A DNA stretch of 62,516 nt, the filler included, from Rhabdomonas costata (lineage: Eukaryota): assembly GCA_019059605.1 (NCBI GenBank). It is 23 parts of 23 records of this genome, joined end to end, with 100 filler letters (N's around TTAATTAATTAA, not from the genome) between each part and the next. Parts side by side here need not be neighbours in the genome. Positions count along the whole stretch, not along the records: positions 49,017 to 51,637 come from JAHMHO010002593.1; positions 51,738 to 54,356 come from JAHMHO010002594.1; positions 54,457 to 57,076 come from JAHMHO010002595.1; positions 57,177 to 59,796 come from JAHMHO010002596.1; positions 59,897 to 62,516 come from JAHMHO010002597.1; 18 more parts are not named here. One strand, given 5' to 3'. A model generated the notes under the pieces. It saw only the letters and a program-made list of their open reading frames with translations, was not told where the DNA came from and made no database searches. Both the position numbers and the translations under genes were made by a program. Of the stretch, positions 49,791-62,516 are shown one piece after another; positions within the stretch are counted from its first letter, which is position 1; every line of letters begins with the position of its first letter.

Positions 49791-51742
49791 GACGGGAAGT
49801 TGCTGGAGACCACGCTAATGAAAAAGCTGAATCTCATCCGAAGGTTACGGGACGAGAACAGTTCGTTTCGAGACATACACACACGTACTCAATCACACGC
49901 TGACCTAACCTCACCCACTCAAAAAAGACAAATATGCAACAATTTACTGCCCCCCCCCCCCTTCAAAACACAACCAGCCTTCGATTCCGACGACTCAGGT
50001 CGCAAAAGCTCGCACTGGTCAGCGACTAAGCACCGACCGGGCGTTCTCGGGAGACTTCGCCGCCCTGCCTTTTGCGATCCAACAGAACCAGAAAGCTTCA
50101 CCGCTGGTGCCTCGCAACCACTACACACCCTCACTCTCACAGGAATGTGCACCAGCGGCAACACAAACCCTTTCTGTACACCTGCTTGTGTTAGAAGCTG
50201 AACTGCACCTCCACCCCCAAGGGGTGCTTCTCAATGATCTGTTGCAGTACCCGCAGCGCGGGGGGCACCGCCGGGATAGGGGGGCGGTGCGCCTGGGGCT
50301 CTTCTGCATCCGCATCGGTGATCTGTGGGGTCCATGCCGCAGATCCGGGGGTGGGCGCCATCGGGGCCCCCGAGCGGATGGCCCGCAGCCACCGCTCAAA
50401 AGAGCAGCCAAGCTCCACTCTCAGTGAGGTTGGGCTGAGGCACATCTCGCCTGGACCCAGGGAGCCCGGGACCAGCTCCGTCTTCTCACGGTCCTCGAGA
50501 CGGTACATCCATCTTGGACCCCCCCCCCCCGGTACATATGGGCTTTTTTGTGCGCTGCACTGCTTTTCGGACCTCTCTCGCCCTGTGCCTTTCCTCGCTG
50601 AATCGCTCCTATGGTGCCTGCTGTGTGTACTTCCTCTGTTTTCAGGGATGAGCCTGGAGCAGAGCCTGGCGGAGCTCCGGCTGGTTCGGGAGGCGGCACA
50701 GGAGAGGAGGAGTGCCCTGCAGGCCATGCTGAGCGGGGCTGCTCGGGAGATTGTGGCGCAGATGGGCCGCCCCCCCACCGCCGACGAGCTGGTGCTGCTC
50801 GTCAATCCCTCCGCGTCCTGGTGACGGGGTGTTCGCAGCTCGCCTCTTTGCGTTTGCCGGCACGCACACACATACACACATAAATATCGCACCTTTCCAC
50901 TCCAAACCTTTGCGCCCCCCCCCTCTCCCTCTTTCCCCTTCCTCTCTCCATCTCAATTTTTATTTCGTTCGAGGCCGGGAAGCAGCCAACCAGCTCATCC
51001 AAGGAGTTATAACACACCGGTTCTGGGGTCAATGTTAGGTCTCCGGTCCGGTCTGGTCCGAGAGTGACCATACCCAGCAAATTAGGCGGGGTTTTGAGCC
51101 AAAGTAAGCGGTCCTAACCCCTCATTTCCGATGAGGCCCCGACGACTGTTGAGGTTCCCGAAGCCCGCTGAAGAGAATAGATAGTCTCACCTGGTAAGAG
51201 AGAACTGTGCGAGGTATTGGGGTGAGGCATACTCCATGTCCTGGTTCTCCGAGACTTCGTTGCCGGCCTCAGCCAGTGGCTGGTAGCACGCTAACACCTT
51301 AGGCGGGGTGCGATAGGCCAGCCGGAGGATGGTGCTGGGCTGGCATTTGATGTGGCACTCCACCTGAGCGTGCATGTATGTTACCCGACACTCGATGCAC
51401 AGACCTTTCCTTATCGCTTTGGAAAAGTAAAGATGGCGGCCTTTGCACTTGGCACCCTTGTGAGTGCAGGACTTCAACACATCTTCGGGCATAAATGGTG
51501 TAACGAGGTTATTCAGTATAACGCCAAATGGCCAAGTTGATGAATTCAAAATGACAACCAACAAGCAAAAAACGTGAGGAAAAGCGGGAAGAACAAATTC
51601 CCTGAAAACAGGCGATTTTAGGACATACAAAACCAACNNNNNNNNNNNNNNNNNNNNNNNNNNNNNNNNNNNNNNNNNNNNTTAATTAATTAANNNNNNN
51701 NNNNNNNNNNNNNNNNNNNNNNNNNNNNNNNNNNNNNTTTTT

Positions 51743-52351
51743 GTGTGCGTGGTGCAGGCCCTGGCCGGGGGCCTATTCCCGGGCAGCGCCACCGGGGGCG
51801 CGGCTGGGGGAGGAGTGTACGGGGTGACCGTGTTCCGGAAGCAGCGCAGTACCTACTCCGTGAAGGTGTGGGTGGGGGACTCCCAGGACAAGGCCCACCT
51901 GGGAGCGGTGCGGGAGTTCCTGGGGAGGCTCTTGGAGCGCGCGTGGTACTCCTCGATGCGGTTCTGCCCGCACCGGTTCATTCTGCAGACCTTGGCCCGG
52001 CAAAGGGGGGGCGCGGGTCATCGCCTCGTGGACCCCGCTGAGGAGCCCGTGGACTACGACCCAACGCCCACTCCAGTTGTGGGGATTTCTAACCTCCCGG
52101 TGTTCCCTCCCGGGCTAAGCTCTGCGGGCCCATTTGCCCCCCTACTGCTGCAAACCCTTGGACGGCTTCCCACCGCGCTGTCCCCTGCGCACGTGGGTCC
52201 AGGCCACCAAGTTTCCACCCAGAGCGGCCTTCCCAGTGACAAAAACCCTTCCCGGAAGACCAGCGCAAGCACTGAGGTTCGCTCTTCTGGTGGATCCTCG
52301 GGAGAGGTGTGCACTGTGAGAGCTTCTTCTGCGTCGCTGTGCACGGCTTGA
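51743..52351 (+). CDS. Divergent eIF4E-family protein, C-terminal half of the domain plus low-complexity tail
   Basis: VQALAGGLF...VYGVTV...VKVWVGD...AVREFLGRLL...MRFCPH parallels eIF4E LLALIGEQF / VCGAVV / IxxW / IRExLKxxL / YxxH. Confidence 0.5.
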   Translation: MCVVQALAGGLFPGSATGGAAGGGVYGVTVFRKQRSTYSVKVWVGDSQDKAHLGAVREFLGRLLERAWYSSMRFCPHRFILQTLARQRGGAGHRLVDPAEEPVDYDPTPTPVVGISNLPVFPPGLSSAGPFAPLLLQTLGRLPTALSPAHVGPGHQVSTQSGLPSDKNPSRKTSASTEVRSSGGSSGEVCTVRASSASLCTA

Positions 52352-54456
52352 GTGCCTGAGGTTGGGCGCCCATCCATTTTTTTTGATTCGGTCGTTCCAA
52401 GAGTTCGTCCTTTTCCTCCGCGCAGACCCCATCTTAGGCGCAGGGGCACTGTCACTCTGACAGAGGGCGAACCTTCTACACGCTCCATTCCACTGAAATA
52501 CCTGAAAGCCTCTCTGTTTCTGGGTAATGGGCAAATATCTGGATGCCAGGCACTTTCCAAATGTCATTGCAAGTTGTGGTGCAAGTTGGTCGGCTTCAGT
52601 TTTCCGTACTCCTCGCTAATCTTTTTCACATATAGTCTGTGTCCACGCTAGAATTGGTTGGAGGGCACGTCACCACCTAAATTCGCCATACGCTGTAGTC
52701 CGGGCAATGTCAATGCAGGAATTTAATCTTTTGGAAAGGGCACAGTCCAGTCTTAGATTCTGACGTTGGAGTGGAACTGGAACTCGTCCCCCAGACACAC
52801 GTCAATTGCACCAAAACATGACTGTGGCTGGGCCAGTTTCAGCGCCGGATGTTACAGCCTGTGCGAGCAATGTTTTTTGGGCCGCCCAGGTCTCCCTGTG
52901 GTCCAACGCCAGCCCCGAGGAGATGCTCATGGCACTGCAGCTGGACCACGCTGCGCGCCGCCTGCGACAGAGACAGCAGCAACATAACTCCGGCTGGCAG
53001 GAGGCCCTCCCGGACACGGCTGCTGCGCGGCCTCAGGAGGCCAGCGCCTCGGTCTGCTGTGGGTCCTCCAATGGCACTGGCGAAGAAGAATGCTCCACCC
53101 TCGAAGGTTCGGTGCCCTCCGTGCCACCGTGTGTAGCTCTGTTGGTGCATTGAGGGAGCAGACCGAAATTGCTGACGTAATAAAATGCAGTTTACTGCGC
53201 CGCGATGCCTTCACCGGCCAGCTTCCATACACTTGTGAACTCCATCTACAGAAGCGGCTACGTTTCACCCCAACCCTCTTCTGATTTCAGCTTTTGTTGA
53301 ATGTGCCCTCGATTTTTTGCAATGATGATGACTTTCCTCTGCTCAGGGGGAAGTTGCAGCCGCGAGATGGTTGCCTGGAAGTCGGCCTCCCCTCTGGCGG
53401 CCCCCGAAGCGGCGGCGCAACTGTTCTTCAAAGTGATGTCTTCGGGGAATTAAACGTCTGCTCGGTGCTACGGTACTAAGGTGCCGCGGAGTTTGACAAA
53501 ATATGCTTTTGCGGGTTTTTCGACACCCTTCCCCCTCAATTTTGTACTTGGTGACGGCTGCGTGCGGTCCTCACACGTGTGAATATCGTTTTCTGTTTTT
53601 GCCCTGGCTTTGTGGGTTTTTTAGTGCACCGACCTGTGTAAGTGTGCGTGCTTTTGCGGTGCCTCTCATGTCCTGCGGTTTCGTGTCTTTTCAACTCCGC
53701 GCTGCGCATAACACCTCTGGACAACATCTGTCCACTGGGAGGGAGGGGTGGAGTGGGAGAGTTGCATAATATGAGGCAACGATTGTGACCCTCATATGCC
53801 GTTGCCTTGCGATGGGCGCCTGGGTAATTGTCGTCTGTGGCCATTAGAATTCGGCCTTTGTTGGGCTGTTCCTATGCGGAGCTGCCAGCGGATGTTCTTG
53901 CAAGGACCGCGACCCTTCACCCTCTCCTCCCCTACCCCCCCTCCGTCCTCGTGCTTACGCCTCACCTCGTCCCCAGCTGCCGCGTCCATAGTGCAGCTCA
54001 TTTCTCTCACTTCAGCGACTTCACGAAGTGGACTGTATGTCCTTCCCTCTCTCACAAACTCACTCAGCAGGATGCGGGAGCCCTAGACCCCCCTCCTCCT
54101 CGTTTTGGAAGTCCGTCGATTAGAGGCTTTCAAAAATAGTTCCAGACTATCCTGTCGGCCCGTCTCTAACATCTGCCTCATACTGCTCCCCTGTGCGCCT
54201 CCCCAGATAGGTCAGGAGTTACTGAGTGCTTACCGATGCTTGCCTGCCACCCGCACTCCTGCACGCACAGCCTGGTATCCAACTCACCCTTCCCTTCCCT
54301 TCCCTTCCCGACCCCCTGCTCCTTCCTTCCTTGGGCTGTTTTCATACTTGCCCTTTNNNNNNNNNNNNNNNNNNNNNNNNNNNNNNNNNNNNNNNNNNNN
54401 TTAATTAATTAANNNNNNNNNNNNNNNNNNNNNNNNNNNNNNNNNNNNNNNNNNNN

Positions 54457-54860
54457 GCCCGCCGCTGTGGTTGCTGCTGCTGCTGCTGCGCCTGCTCTGA
54501 TCGGTGTGCTTGCTGGGGTGGTTGGAGAGGAGGGAAGCCTGATCTAAGGGCTTCGAGGTAGGAGGGAGGAGGGTGGCAGGGAAACTGAGCTGGAAGCTCT
54601 GGACGCTGAGGTGGTGCAGGCAGTGCGGGCAACTCAGTCCTGCGTCTCGCCTTCGCCACTGGCCACTCCTCGCCGTTGTGCTCCTTCTGGTCTTGCACGG
54701 GCGCGGCGTCTGTCGTCGGGCGCTTCCGCTTCACCTCCACGAGCGCGTTGCGGTCGTCGCGCACCACCAGAGCTGTGCAGGGGGGAGCTGGAAGCTGCAG
54801 GACTGGCGGGGGTGCTTCCAGCTGATCAACGTCATCAACGTAGGGTCTGTTACCCTGTTA
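54457..54860 (-). CDS. Pro/Gln-rich open frame of unknown nature (partial)
   Basis: Open frame of about 130 codons to the contig end, with KRKR and a polyQ tract. No family motif. Confidence 0.3.
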
Positions 54861-55970
54861 GTAGTGTTATTCGTAGAGTGTGTGTGTTGCCAAGAGTTGG
54901 TGTGGTGGTGTGGTGGGGTTGGGCTCTGCGTCATAGTGCCACTGGAGAAGGTGGGTCAATCCATGGTGTTCTGCCTCCGCTTCATCACCACCCCCATTAC
55001 CACGCCAATGATGGTAACAAAAATGTCGATAGTTCTTGGTTCTCTCGTTTTTTCGATGGTGTTTTTTTTCTTACATCCCAATTTAAACGCTTCCTCAGAT
55101 TAACAACAGGCCTTGTTCTGGACTGTTGTAAAAAGACAAAATACAAAACGGGTTAGTTTAGGATAGCTAATATACCGTGATTCCTGCATCCTTTCATGGC
55201 TCTCCGTCGCAGCTTGGTGTGTTTCTTGCTGCATTTAGTTTTAAACGGGATATAATTTACCCCCCGGTTTTGTTGCACTTAATTGTGCAATAGTTGAGGA
55301 AATATTCAAGTTCAGAAACCTCTGGGTGTTTCTTCTTAATTTGGTTCTTTTTTTACTTCTTTTTTTGCATGTAAAAAGAAAATGTCATCCCTCACAGCAA
55401 TGTGGCGGTAAAAGAAGGTTGCGAAGTCCCGCTATGTACAAAAAAGGTAGAAAACATCAGAGATGGCATGAGGAAGTAACACCAAAGTTTTGGGGGACAG
55501 AGCTCTCTGATCGGAGCAAGAACACAAACAGGGGAATAGGGGTGCAAGATCGAGGGATAAAAAACGCACGAGATATCCAACATCAGGGAGCTGCCTCGGT
55601 GGAAGCTCTCCAAAGAAGGTTGCCCGGAACCGACGATCCCAGAGGGCTTCCAGCCTCACCACTAAGCCACGGTGTTGTAACGGGCATAACGACCCTCTAG
55701 TTCGCATGCTAAGATAGTGGTCACCTAGGACATCCGCAAGACGACCACAACCAATTGTGTGCTCGGAGGAATTATTTTTGACTTTCCTAAATTTTTATAG
55801 AGGTATAAGCCGAAGGAGGCCTGGGGTCTTTTCTAAACTTTCCTAAAAATTTCATAATTTTACATTTAAATTTCAAATGTGATGCTGGTTCAACTGTTTT
55901 GTTATTTCCCCATTTCCCCTTGTTTTTTTCAGGTTTGTTTATTTTGCAAGGTTTGGTGACCGTTTGACAG

Positions 55971-56872
55971 GTGAGGAGTTTTTCGACAGCTTCCTCCCAA
56001 GTCGCGGGCCTCAATGTGGCACAACTCCGTGAGCAGCTTGCATCTCCCGTTCTAAACGGCAAGCCCACCATCAAAATGCCCCCCTACCTCAAGCCGTCAC
56101 AACTGAGGCCAACCCGAGGATGCGTATGTCACCTCTGCCGCCAGTCTTTTCTGTGCGACTCGCTTCCTGGAAAGTCCCTCTCTTTGGTTTGCGGGGTTCG
56201 CCGTCCCGCTGTACTGTTGGCACCCCGTTTGTGCGGGCATGCCGTGTTCCGATTTCCGTGGTATTAAAAAAAAAATTACGTTTTTGTTTTAGTATACTTT
56301 CCGTAATGGCGCTCCTTGGGGTCAGGTCATGTGCAAGCAGAAATAGGTTACCAAATTGCAACTCAAGGAAGTAGGGGAGTGTTCGATCGAGTAAGAAACA
56401 GAAGTGGGCGTGGTAGTAGAGTTGGATGATGCCAGTGAGGAAAGGAAAACCGTTAGGAAAGGGTGGTGGTGGAAGTTCAGGTGTGCGAAGGCTTGTGGGG
56501 TGCTTTGCTGCTGAGTGCTTTATTGCAGTTCACGGACGAATTTGTTCTGAAGAACTACGTGTGGTCAGCCGTGAAGGACGGCTCAGACCCCAAGGGAGAC
56601 AAGGCGCGGCTGTACGTGTACATGGTGAAGGCGCAGAACTGGGGAACCTTGCTGGCAATGTCCCGTGCCACCGTCCTCTTCATCCTCAGCCAGTATGTAG
56701 TCGTTTTTGTCCTTTTTTCCCCATTCGCTCAATCTTCTCTTCTTCTGTCGCGTGTGAGTCGTCTTCTCCCCGCTCAGTTTCCGCCCAACAAAGAGCAGTC
56801 AAGCCCTGGCCAACATCGAGGTGGACATTGGGGACATTCCAGAGGGTAAGACGGTCACCATCATTTGGAGAG
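55971..56872 (+). CDS. UQCRFS1: Mitochondrial cytochrome bc1 Rieske Fe-S protein, N-terminal exons
   Basis: Exons 55971-56123 (tentative), 56529-56692 and 56778-56872 join in frame: ...LLAMSRATVLFILSHFRPTKSSQALANIEVDIGDIPEGKTVTIIWRG. Confidence 0.85.
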
Positions 56873-57176
56873 GTATGCTTCTTCCATTGGCTGCGAAAAC
56901 TCACCGTCGTTGCAAACCTCGGCCATTGCGCTTCCACCGGGTGCTATTGCGCTTTCGCCATCGCCACCACACGCCAATGCTCACTTCTGGACAGTCTTCA
57001 CACCGAAAAAAGCCTCTCCCTTCTTCCATGTCCCCCAACACACCAAACACACCACCAACCCCAAACACACCAACACNNNNNNNNNNNNNNNNNNNNNNNN
57101 NNNNNNNNNNNNNNNNNNNNTTAATTAATTAANNNNNNNNNNNNNNNNNNNNNNNNNNNNNNNNNNNNNNNNNNNN

Positions 57177-59626
57177 GTTGGGGGTGGACTATGAGATGCC
57201 GAGGACTGCGAGGACTGCGGAGTTCCAGTGATCTGCATCGGACGGGTGATCCCGGGGCTGGAAAAGCGAGTGTGGCAGCGAGGAGGACTGCTACACTGCA
57301 ACTGTTCACGCGCGTGCACAGCAGCGGCTGGCGATGAGCTGCTAGGCTGCGGCTCGGAGCAAAGCTCAGAAATTCTGGAGGACACCGGACTCGCGGCGCA
57401 TGCGTCTACAGAATCAGTATCCGAACAACGACGGGTGTGGGAATTGGGGCTGGTGGCCTGAAGGCTCTGTTCAGAAACGCAGGTTGGAATTGGGGCAATT
57501 TCCTCCGTCTCCTTTGCTTCAGCTTCTTCAACAAGCAGCTGAATAATTGGAACCACAGGTGGCGTAGCATCCGGTGCGCTGAGAACGACTGGGGGCTTCG
57601 CTGAAGGGTGCGTTCCCGGCTCTCTGTTTGAAGTTCCTCCTAAAGAGAGTGCGGGGATGGTGAACACGGTGTCCACAACCGATGAGGGGGCGGAAGTCAA
57701 GCTTGTGGCAGACCGAAAGGAGGTGCTAGTGACACAGCTAAAGGCCTTCGGAGAGCCAAATGAGGCGGCGGAGAGGGAAAACCCAACTGGAGACCTGCGG
57801 TGGCTGGGACACCGCAACGGAGACCCCGGGACTCCCAACCGAAAGGAAGGCGAGCGCCGGGCGCTGACATCGTTGTGCCGTGCCAGGGAAGGGTCCTGGG
57901 GACTCTTGCCCAGAAGGTTCGCCATGGTAAAGCTGCGTGGGATCAGCGGCATCGAGCCCGAGACAGGGGAACTGCAGGAACTGCAACGAATTTGAGCCAG
58001 AGAAAGCTTGGGGACCAGCCGGTGGATGACAAGCCGACCATCGATCCCAGACCAAACTCGGGAAAGGCCATCCGCTGAAGACCGCGTTGACGAGCTCTGC
58101 TGGAGCGCGTCCTTAACAATCTCTGGGAGGATTCGTCCGTTTTTGGGGTCTACCAGAACAGCCACACAGCTTCCCAGTGAAGCGTATCCATCACCCCCTC
58201 GAAACATGTAGTCTGTACAGGCGACAGAGTAGGTCTTCTCGTCGTCAAGAGGGGAGCCACTTATCCTGACCTGAGGTGTCACACAAAATGGTCAAAATGT
58301 ACATAGATGCTACCATAAACAAAGCGTAAAAGAGACTTGAAAGAGACTTGAATGCTCAGGCAACAACCCAGCTCTGCAACACGGATCACACGGATCGTTT
58401 TTTCTGGCTCCTAGATGGTGTGAGGTTTTCGGGTGCTCCAACAAAGTTCAAAACGGAAGGGAACATGCTAACATATGCACTACCGTTTTGGAGAAAAGCG
58501 AGCGGTTCGCCTATCGTAAAGCAAGCCTAAGCAAGGCACACCCCTCTTCACCAGAGTCTAACAAGTTGGCGAAGGCGCACGGTTGGACTTTTCCGAAGCG
58601 GTTTGGCCACCATTTCAACGTTCAATTCAACATTTTCCGGTCACTGCTGTGGACAACAGCAGAGGGCATGTATGTCAGACCCGGATGGGGGTGGCAGTCC
58701 TTCGGGCGGTGTGCAGCCAACTGGCGGGCTTTTCCTGAGGCAGGGTTGGATGTGGAACCTCCTCTCAGTCGCTTACTCATGGTTTAAACTTTGAACACTG
58801 GATAACGTTTCCTTGGGTGGTGTTTAAAGAACCCCCTGCCCATTGTTGATCTTCAGCGTGTGAAGCCAGTTTATTCAATCCGCATTGCATTCTGTGTGTG
58901 TGCATGCGCTCGTCTGTCTTCATGTGCTCTGCGCAGCTCGCTCCCTGTCATTGCTTGTCCTCGTGGGACAAGCTATATATAGGCACCGCGACGGCGGGCT
59001 TTTTTTTTTCCACGGTGTGGGTGTGGCTGTGAGGGGGAGCGGGTTCTATCGGGCCCATGCCTTTCTTTTTGATGCCTGTGTTGTGTCTGTGTCTGTATCC
59101 TATTTGCCTCAATGAAGGCATTGGACACACTTGCTCTGCCTCATGGTGGCCCACCGAACCATTGTGGCGCTCCCCGTTCATGCGAGCAAGCCATGTTGCT
59201 GCTGTGAGTTTCTTGTTGAAAAAGCTGTCGATTCATTTGCCTTCATTCCCATCTACCCCTCTTTCGAGCGGTACAAAATATTTCCACAAGCACAGTCCAA
59301 ACGATCTGACCCGACAGCACATGCAAAGCCGACCTCGACAAGCCTGCTCCCAGATGGGGCCACCGCGTCGAAGACCACCCTCATGCCCGAGACCGCGGGG
59401 AACCGCCCCTCGTGTGCGGGATACCGGCCCACTCCAGACTCTAACGCGGCCCTTAAATCAGATCCCTGGAGAGAGATCTTGATCACCACGTCCTCCACCG
59501 GGAAGATATCAAGAACATCTTTGACGGTGATTAGCGAGCCTGCAGGGTAGACCACATCTGCTCGAAGAGACCCGCTGTTGAGTAGGGCTACGTCGGCGCT
59601 CATCTCCTTGCGCATCGCATCTGCAA
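57177..59626 (-). CDS. 5'-nucleotidase/UshA-type C-terminal domain with long Ser/Pro-rich tail (partial)
   Basis: Exon 59626-59334 (VADAMR...ADVALLNSGSLRAD...ITVKDVLDIFP...ALESGV...EGRFPAVSGMR) splices to 58270 (PLDDEKTYSVACTDYMFRGGDGY). Confidence 0.92.
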
Positions 59627-60352
59627 CTGAGCAAATGCCACACGGACCTCCAAAAGCAACCTTCACCGGGTCTTGTGAAGTTGTGTGCGTGTGATCCCAG
59701 CCTGCATATTTCCCTATCCTCGGTGTTGTTGGGTCGGTCGACGTGGTTGGGAAATATGCAGGCTGGGATCACACACACACAACCAAACCACCACCCNNNN
59801 NNNNNNNNNNNNNNNNNNNNNNNNNNNNNNNNNNNNNNNNTTAATTAATTAANNNNNNNNNNNNNNNNNNNNNNNNNNNNNNNNNNNNNNNNNNNNGTGG
59901 TGTGGGGCAGAGTTTCTGAAGGCAAGTCACCACAAATGAGTACCCGTTCAGTTCAGTTCAATTCATTTAAGGCAAGGCGACCCGTTTCCATCCCAAATAC
60001 TATTTGCACCATGTTCCAAAGCGCCGTCATCAAGCAAAGGAGTCCAGTGTCCGTTGCATCCTAAACATGCTCGCTATACAGTGTGCCAAAGGAGACTGCT
60101 ACATCACGATGTTGCGGAAAAACGCGAAGATCTTCGAGTACTACAACCTGTCTCTCTGCCTTTATCTTTTATCTGCTCGCGTCTTTCCCAACGGGCGCAT
60201 TCAGAATCCACATACAGGAATGGTTCACTGTTTGCTCTCACATTAGCTTTCTGTTCAACCCTTGGCAGAGAGGATGCAACTCAAAGGAAAAGAACGCACA
60301 GGAGAGAGGGCAACAATGGCGGCATGGGAGAGGGTGGGGACGAAATTACTAC

Positions 60353-61553
60353 CAATGGAAAGTCCCACAATCAGCGGCACTGGGGAGATGTTGTTGACGA
60401 AGGCCATGGGAATGGTGAAGAGTCCGCTGGGCTTCTCATTGCTGATGTGCCCGAGGTACTCAAACAAGCTGGGGACGTGCAAGCACCAAGAGCCACAGAC
60501 AGGGGCAGGAGCAGCAAGGAGTTGGCAATCCGCGAAGCGAAATCCCAAGGTTACGAACAAAAATGCCGTGTGTGAGCATTCGCACCGCGCGATTCGAAAT
60601 GGAGAAATCCATCACAAAAAAACCAGAAAAAGGCACAAAAAAGGAAACCAAGAAGTGCTTCTGTTGGGTTGTTCCGTTGCGTTTGTTGTTGCCCCCTGTT
60701 GGAGTGACTGCCCAACGTCCTCACCATGGTCGTTTGGACGTGTTTGTACCCCTTGAATACAGATGGCAGGTACAGATGCAAAACGGGGTCATTGACGCAA
60801 CGCTGGAGTTCGAGAGAAAGACAGCGAAGAGGGAGAGGTGGAAGGTCTGAAGACCTCTCGTTGGCCTTGGACATGAAAATGGTGACCCCGTGGCCCGGCG
60901 GGAGCGGGGGCTGCCCCGTTAGAAAAAGCACGATGCGGTCGGACTGCAGCGGGACGCAGAAGCCTATAGGTGTATGCGGGCATAGGTTGGCACATGTTTG
61001 CTTCAGTCAGTTCCTGCCTCTTGCAACGAGAACAAACGATCTTAACAATCTTCTAAACAATCTTCACATTCTCAGCACGCGCATCCGCCCCATTATCTCT
61101 GCTGTACATTCGTATCAGAGGTTACTCATTCCTTGAACTCGGGCAAAGCGGATGTTTGCCCGAGATCTTCGGAGAAAAATCGGTGGTACACAACACCACT
61201 GTGGAAAAGCAAACCCCTTGCAAAATCAGTAATCGAAAGGATAACAACCTCTGCACTTACAATGACGATTCTATTCTGAAGAAGCCACAAGCTTCTACTG
61301 AGATGATGCCATGCCACTATCGCCTGGATTACGTCTTTTTACTAGCAGCACCATGCAAAGCTGGCAAATGTCTGGGTTCACAGGACCCCTGACATAGACA
61401 TAATTTGGAACTAGCCGCAGAAGCCGAACTATCTTATCGCCTGGGTGTGCAATTGCACAGACAGTGGGGGGCCACACCTAGGGTCCACTTTCGGGCATCG
61501 ATCTGCTGGAAACCCAGCTGAGGGGGATGCCCAGGGAGAACACAACCCAACAT
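60353..61553 (-). CDS. Hikeshi/OPI10 family protein, first three exons
   Basis: Exons 61553-61478 (MLGCVLPGHPPQLGFQQIDARKW), 60963-60855 (IVLFLTGQPPLPPGHGVTIFMS) and 60468-60353 (FEYLGHISNEKPSGLF...IVGLSI) join in frame with GT-AG introns. Confidence 0.85.
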
Positions 61554-62516
61554 ATTGGGGTTACCGGCCGCGCAGCAGAGCTCCCGGTATCATTCGACGG
61601 CAAAAATCACGCGCACACAACTGATAAGGTCTTTTGCACGAGGATGAGAGTCAGAAGTCACTGAGCAATGAGAACAATGCAACGCCGCCAATGTAAGGAT
61701 GCGGCCGTATGGCCCCGCGCTGTATGCTGGAAGTGGGACTGGCTAACCTAATGTTTCGAACAAGAAATGCCCACCACTGGGACGCTCGAGTTTTCGGCGA
61801 TCGTCCGCAGCCACGGCAAGCACTGAACAAAGCAGTCAGTTGGAAGGCAACCTCCTTGAGTCATCAGCTGTTAACAGCAGTACGGAAGCACTATCAGTTT
61901 TCCCATGCCTTCCAAAGAGATCAGCATCCTGACACAGGTTCAGGGATCCTGCACCCTTAGTCCTGCACCTGTTGCACCTCCCATGCATTCTGCAGGTAGA
62001 ATCACAGGATTGAGTACAGATCGTAGGACTGCTATTACGACTGCTATAATAAAAAGCAAGAGCCGTGCAGCCCTGCGAGACAGCCGCGAAACGTCGCTTA
62101 CGCATGACAAGGACGTTGGGCGGGCTTGATAGCGAGGACATGTCTTCAGTTAGAAGGACTGGCCTGCCTCTAACAAGTGACGCATTGTTGAGTTCACTTG
62201 GCTGTTGTCGCAAGGGCCATGCCTTTCTAGTCAATACCTGCACTCTCATGCTAACTCAACCAAGATGCTTGCTGGATCAATTCGGGAAGGATTTGAAGCC
62301 ATTTGGATTTTCTGCGTTCGCTTCCATTGCATTCAAACCAGCGCATTGCGCATTGCAGGGGGGCTTATGCGCACCCAGAAGCAGGGGGGAAGATCCCGCA
62401 CCTTACCCGCCTTGGGCTGTCTCACGAAAAGCACTCATAAAGGCCACCAGGGCGGCCACAGGCCAGCAGTGTACCACTCACAACAAAACTCAACCCTGCA
62501 CAGGCAAAACACAAAC

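Noticed and set aside
50191-51363. Exon-like frames on both strands upstream of the phosphate transporter
   Set aside because: Strand and gene membership could not be decided, and no family motif was recognised.
2626-59896. Regularly spaced TTAATTAATTAA as a CRISPR-like array or chromosome-breakage signal
   Set aside because: It is always embedded in 44+44 Ns, so it is a synthetic six-frame-stop linker.
1-62516. Gene neighbourhood or operon-like system across the window
   Set aside because: Contigs are concatenated by size, so adjacency across linkers has no meaning.
1-62516. Contigs as telomere-capped nanochromosomes
   Set aside because: The ends are irregular, have the wrong G/C polarity, resemble WGA primer, and genes are truncated at them.
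1-62516. Most ORFs in the supplied six-frame track
   Set aside because: They are shadow frames, intron read-through or ORFs running into N linkers. Real genes need splicing.
1-62516. Non-standard genetic code
   Set aside because: All recognised exons translate cleanly with the standard code and have no in-frame stops at conserved positions.

Overview
This window is not contiguous genome. It is 23 unrelated contigs of about 2.62 kb, joined by 22 identical 100-bp artificial linkers (N44-TTAATTAATTAA-N44). The DNA comes from an intron-rich eukaryote using the standard code and GT/GC-AG introns. It is probably a euglenozoan such as a euglenid (an inference from the Rieske protein). Contig ends carry G/T-only primer-like tails and fold-back hairpins typical of whole-genome amplification. 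Recognisable, mostly partial, spliced genes: hnRNP F/H-type qRRM protein, O-fucosyltransferase-like protein, membrane histidine kinase, sulfite oxidase, CaMK-type kinase N-half, E. coli-type isocitrate dehydrogenase C-half, FANCI, a glycosyltransferase-like protein, a bacterial-type DUF1566 secreted protein, a mono-ADP-ribosyltransferase, a Pho84/PHT1 transporter, a divergent eIF4E-like protein, Rieske Fe-S protein, 5'-nucleotidase and Hikeshi/OPI10. Most notable observations: (1) a kinase exon that would splice in frame onto IDH exons and rebuild HRDLK-PQN at the junction, either a real chimera or an amplification artefact; (2) two diverged paralogous ORFs placed tail-to-tail with antisense overlap; (3) likely horizontally acquired DUF1566 and IDH genes; (4) frequent GC donors and one intron bounded by a 10-bp direct repeat. 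All family calls come from motifs recognised by eye; no database search was run.
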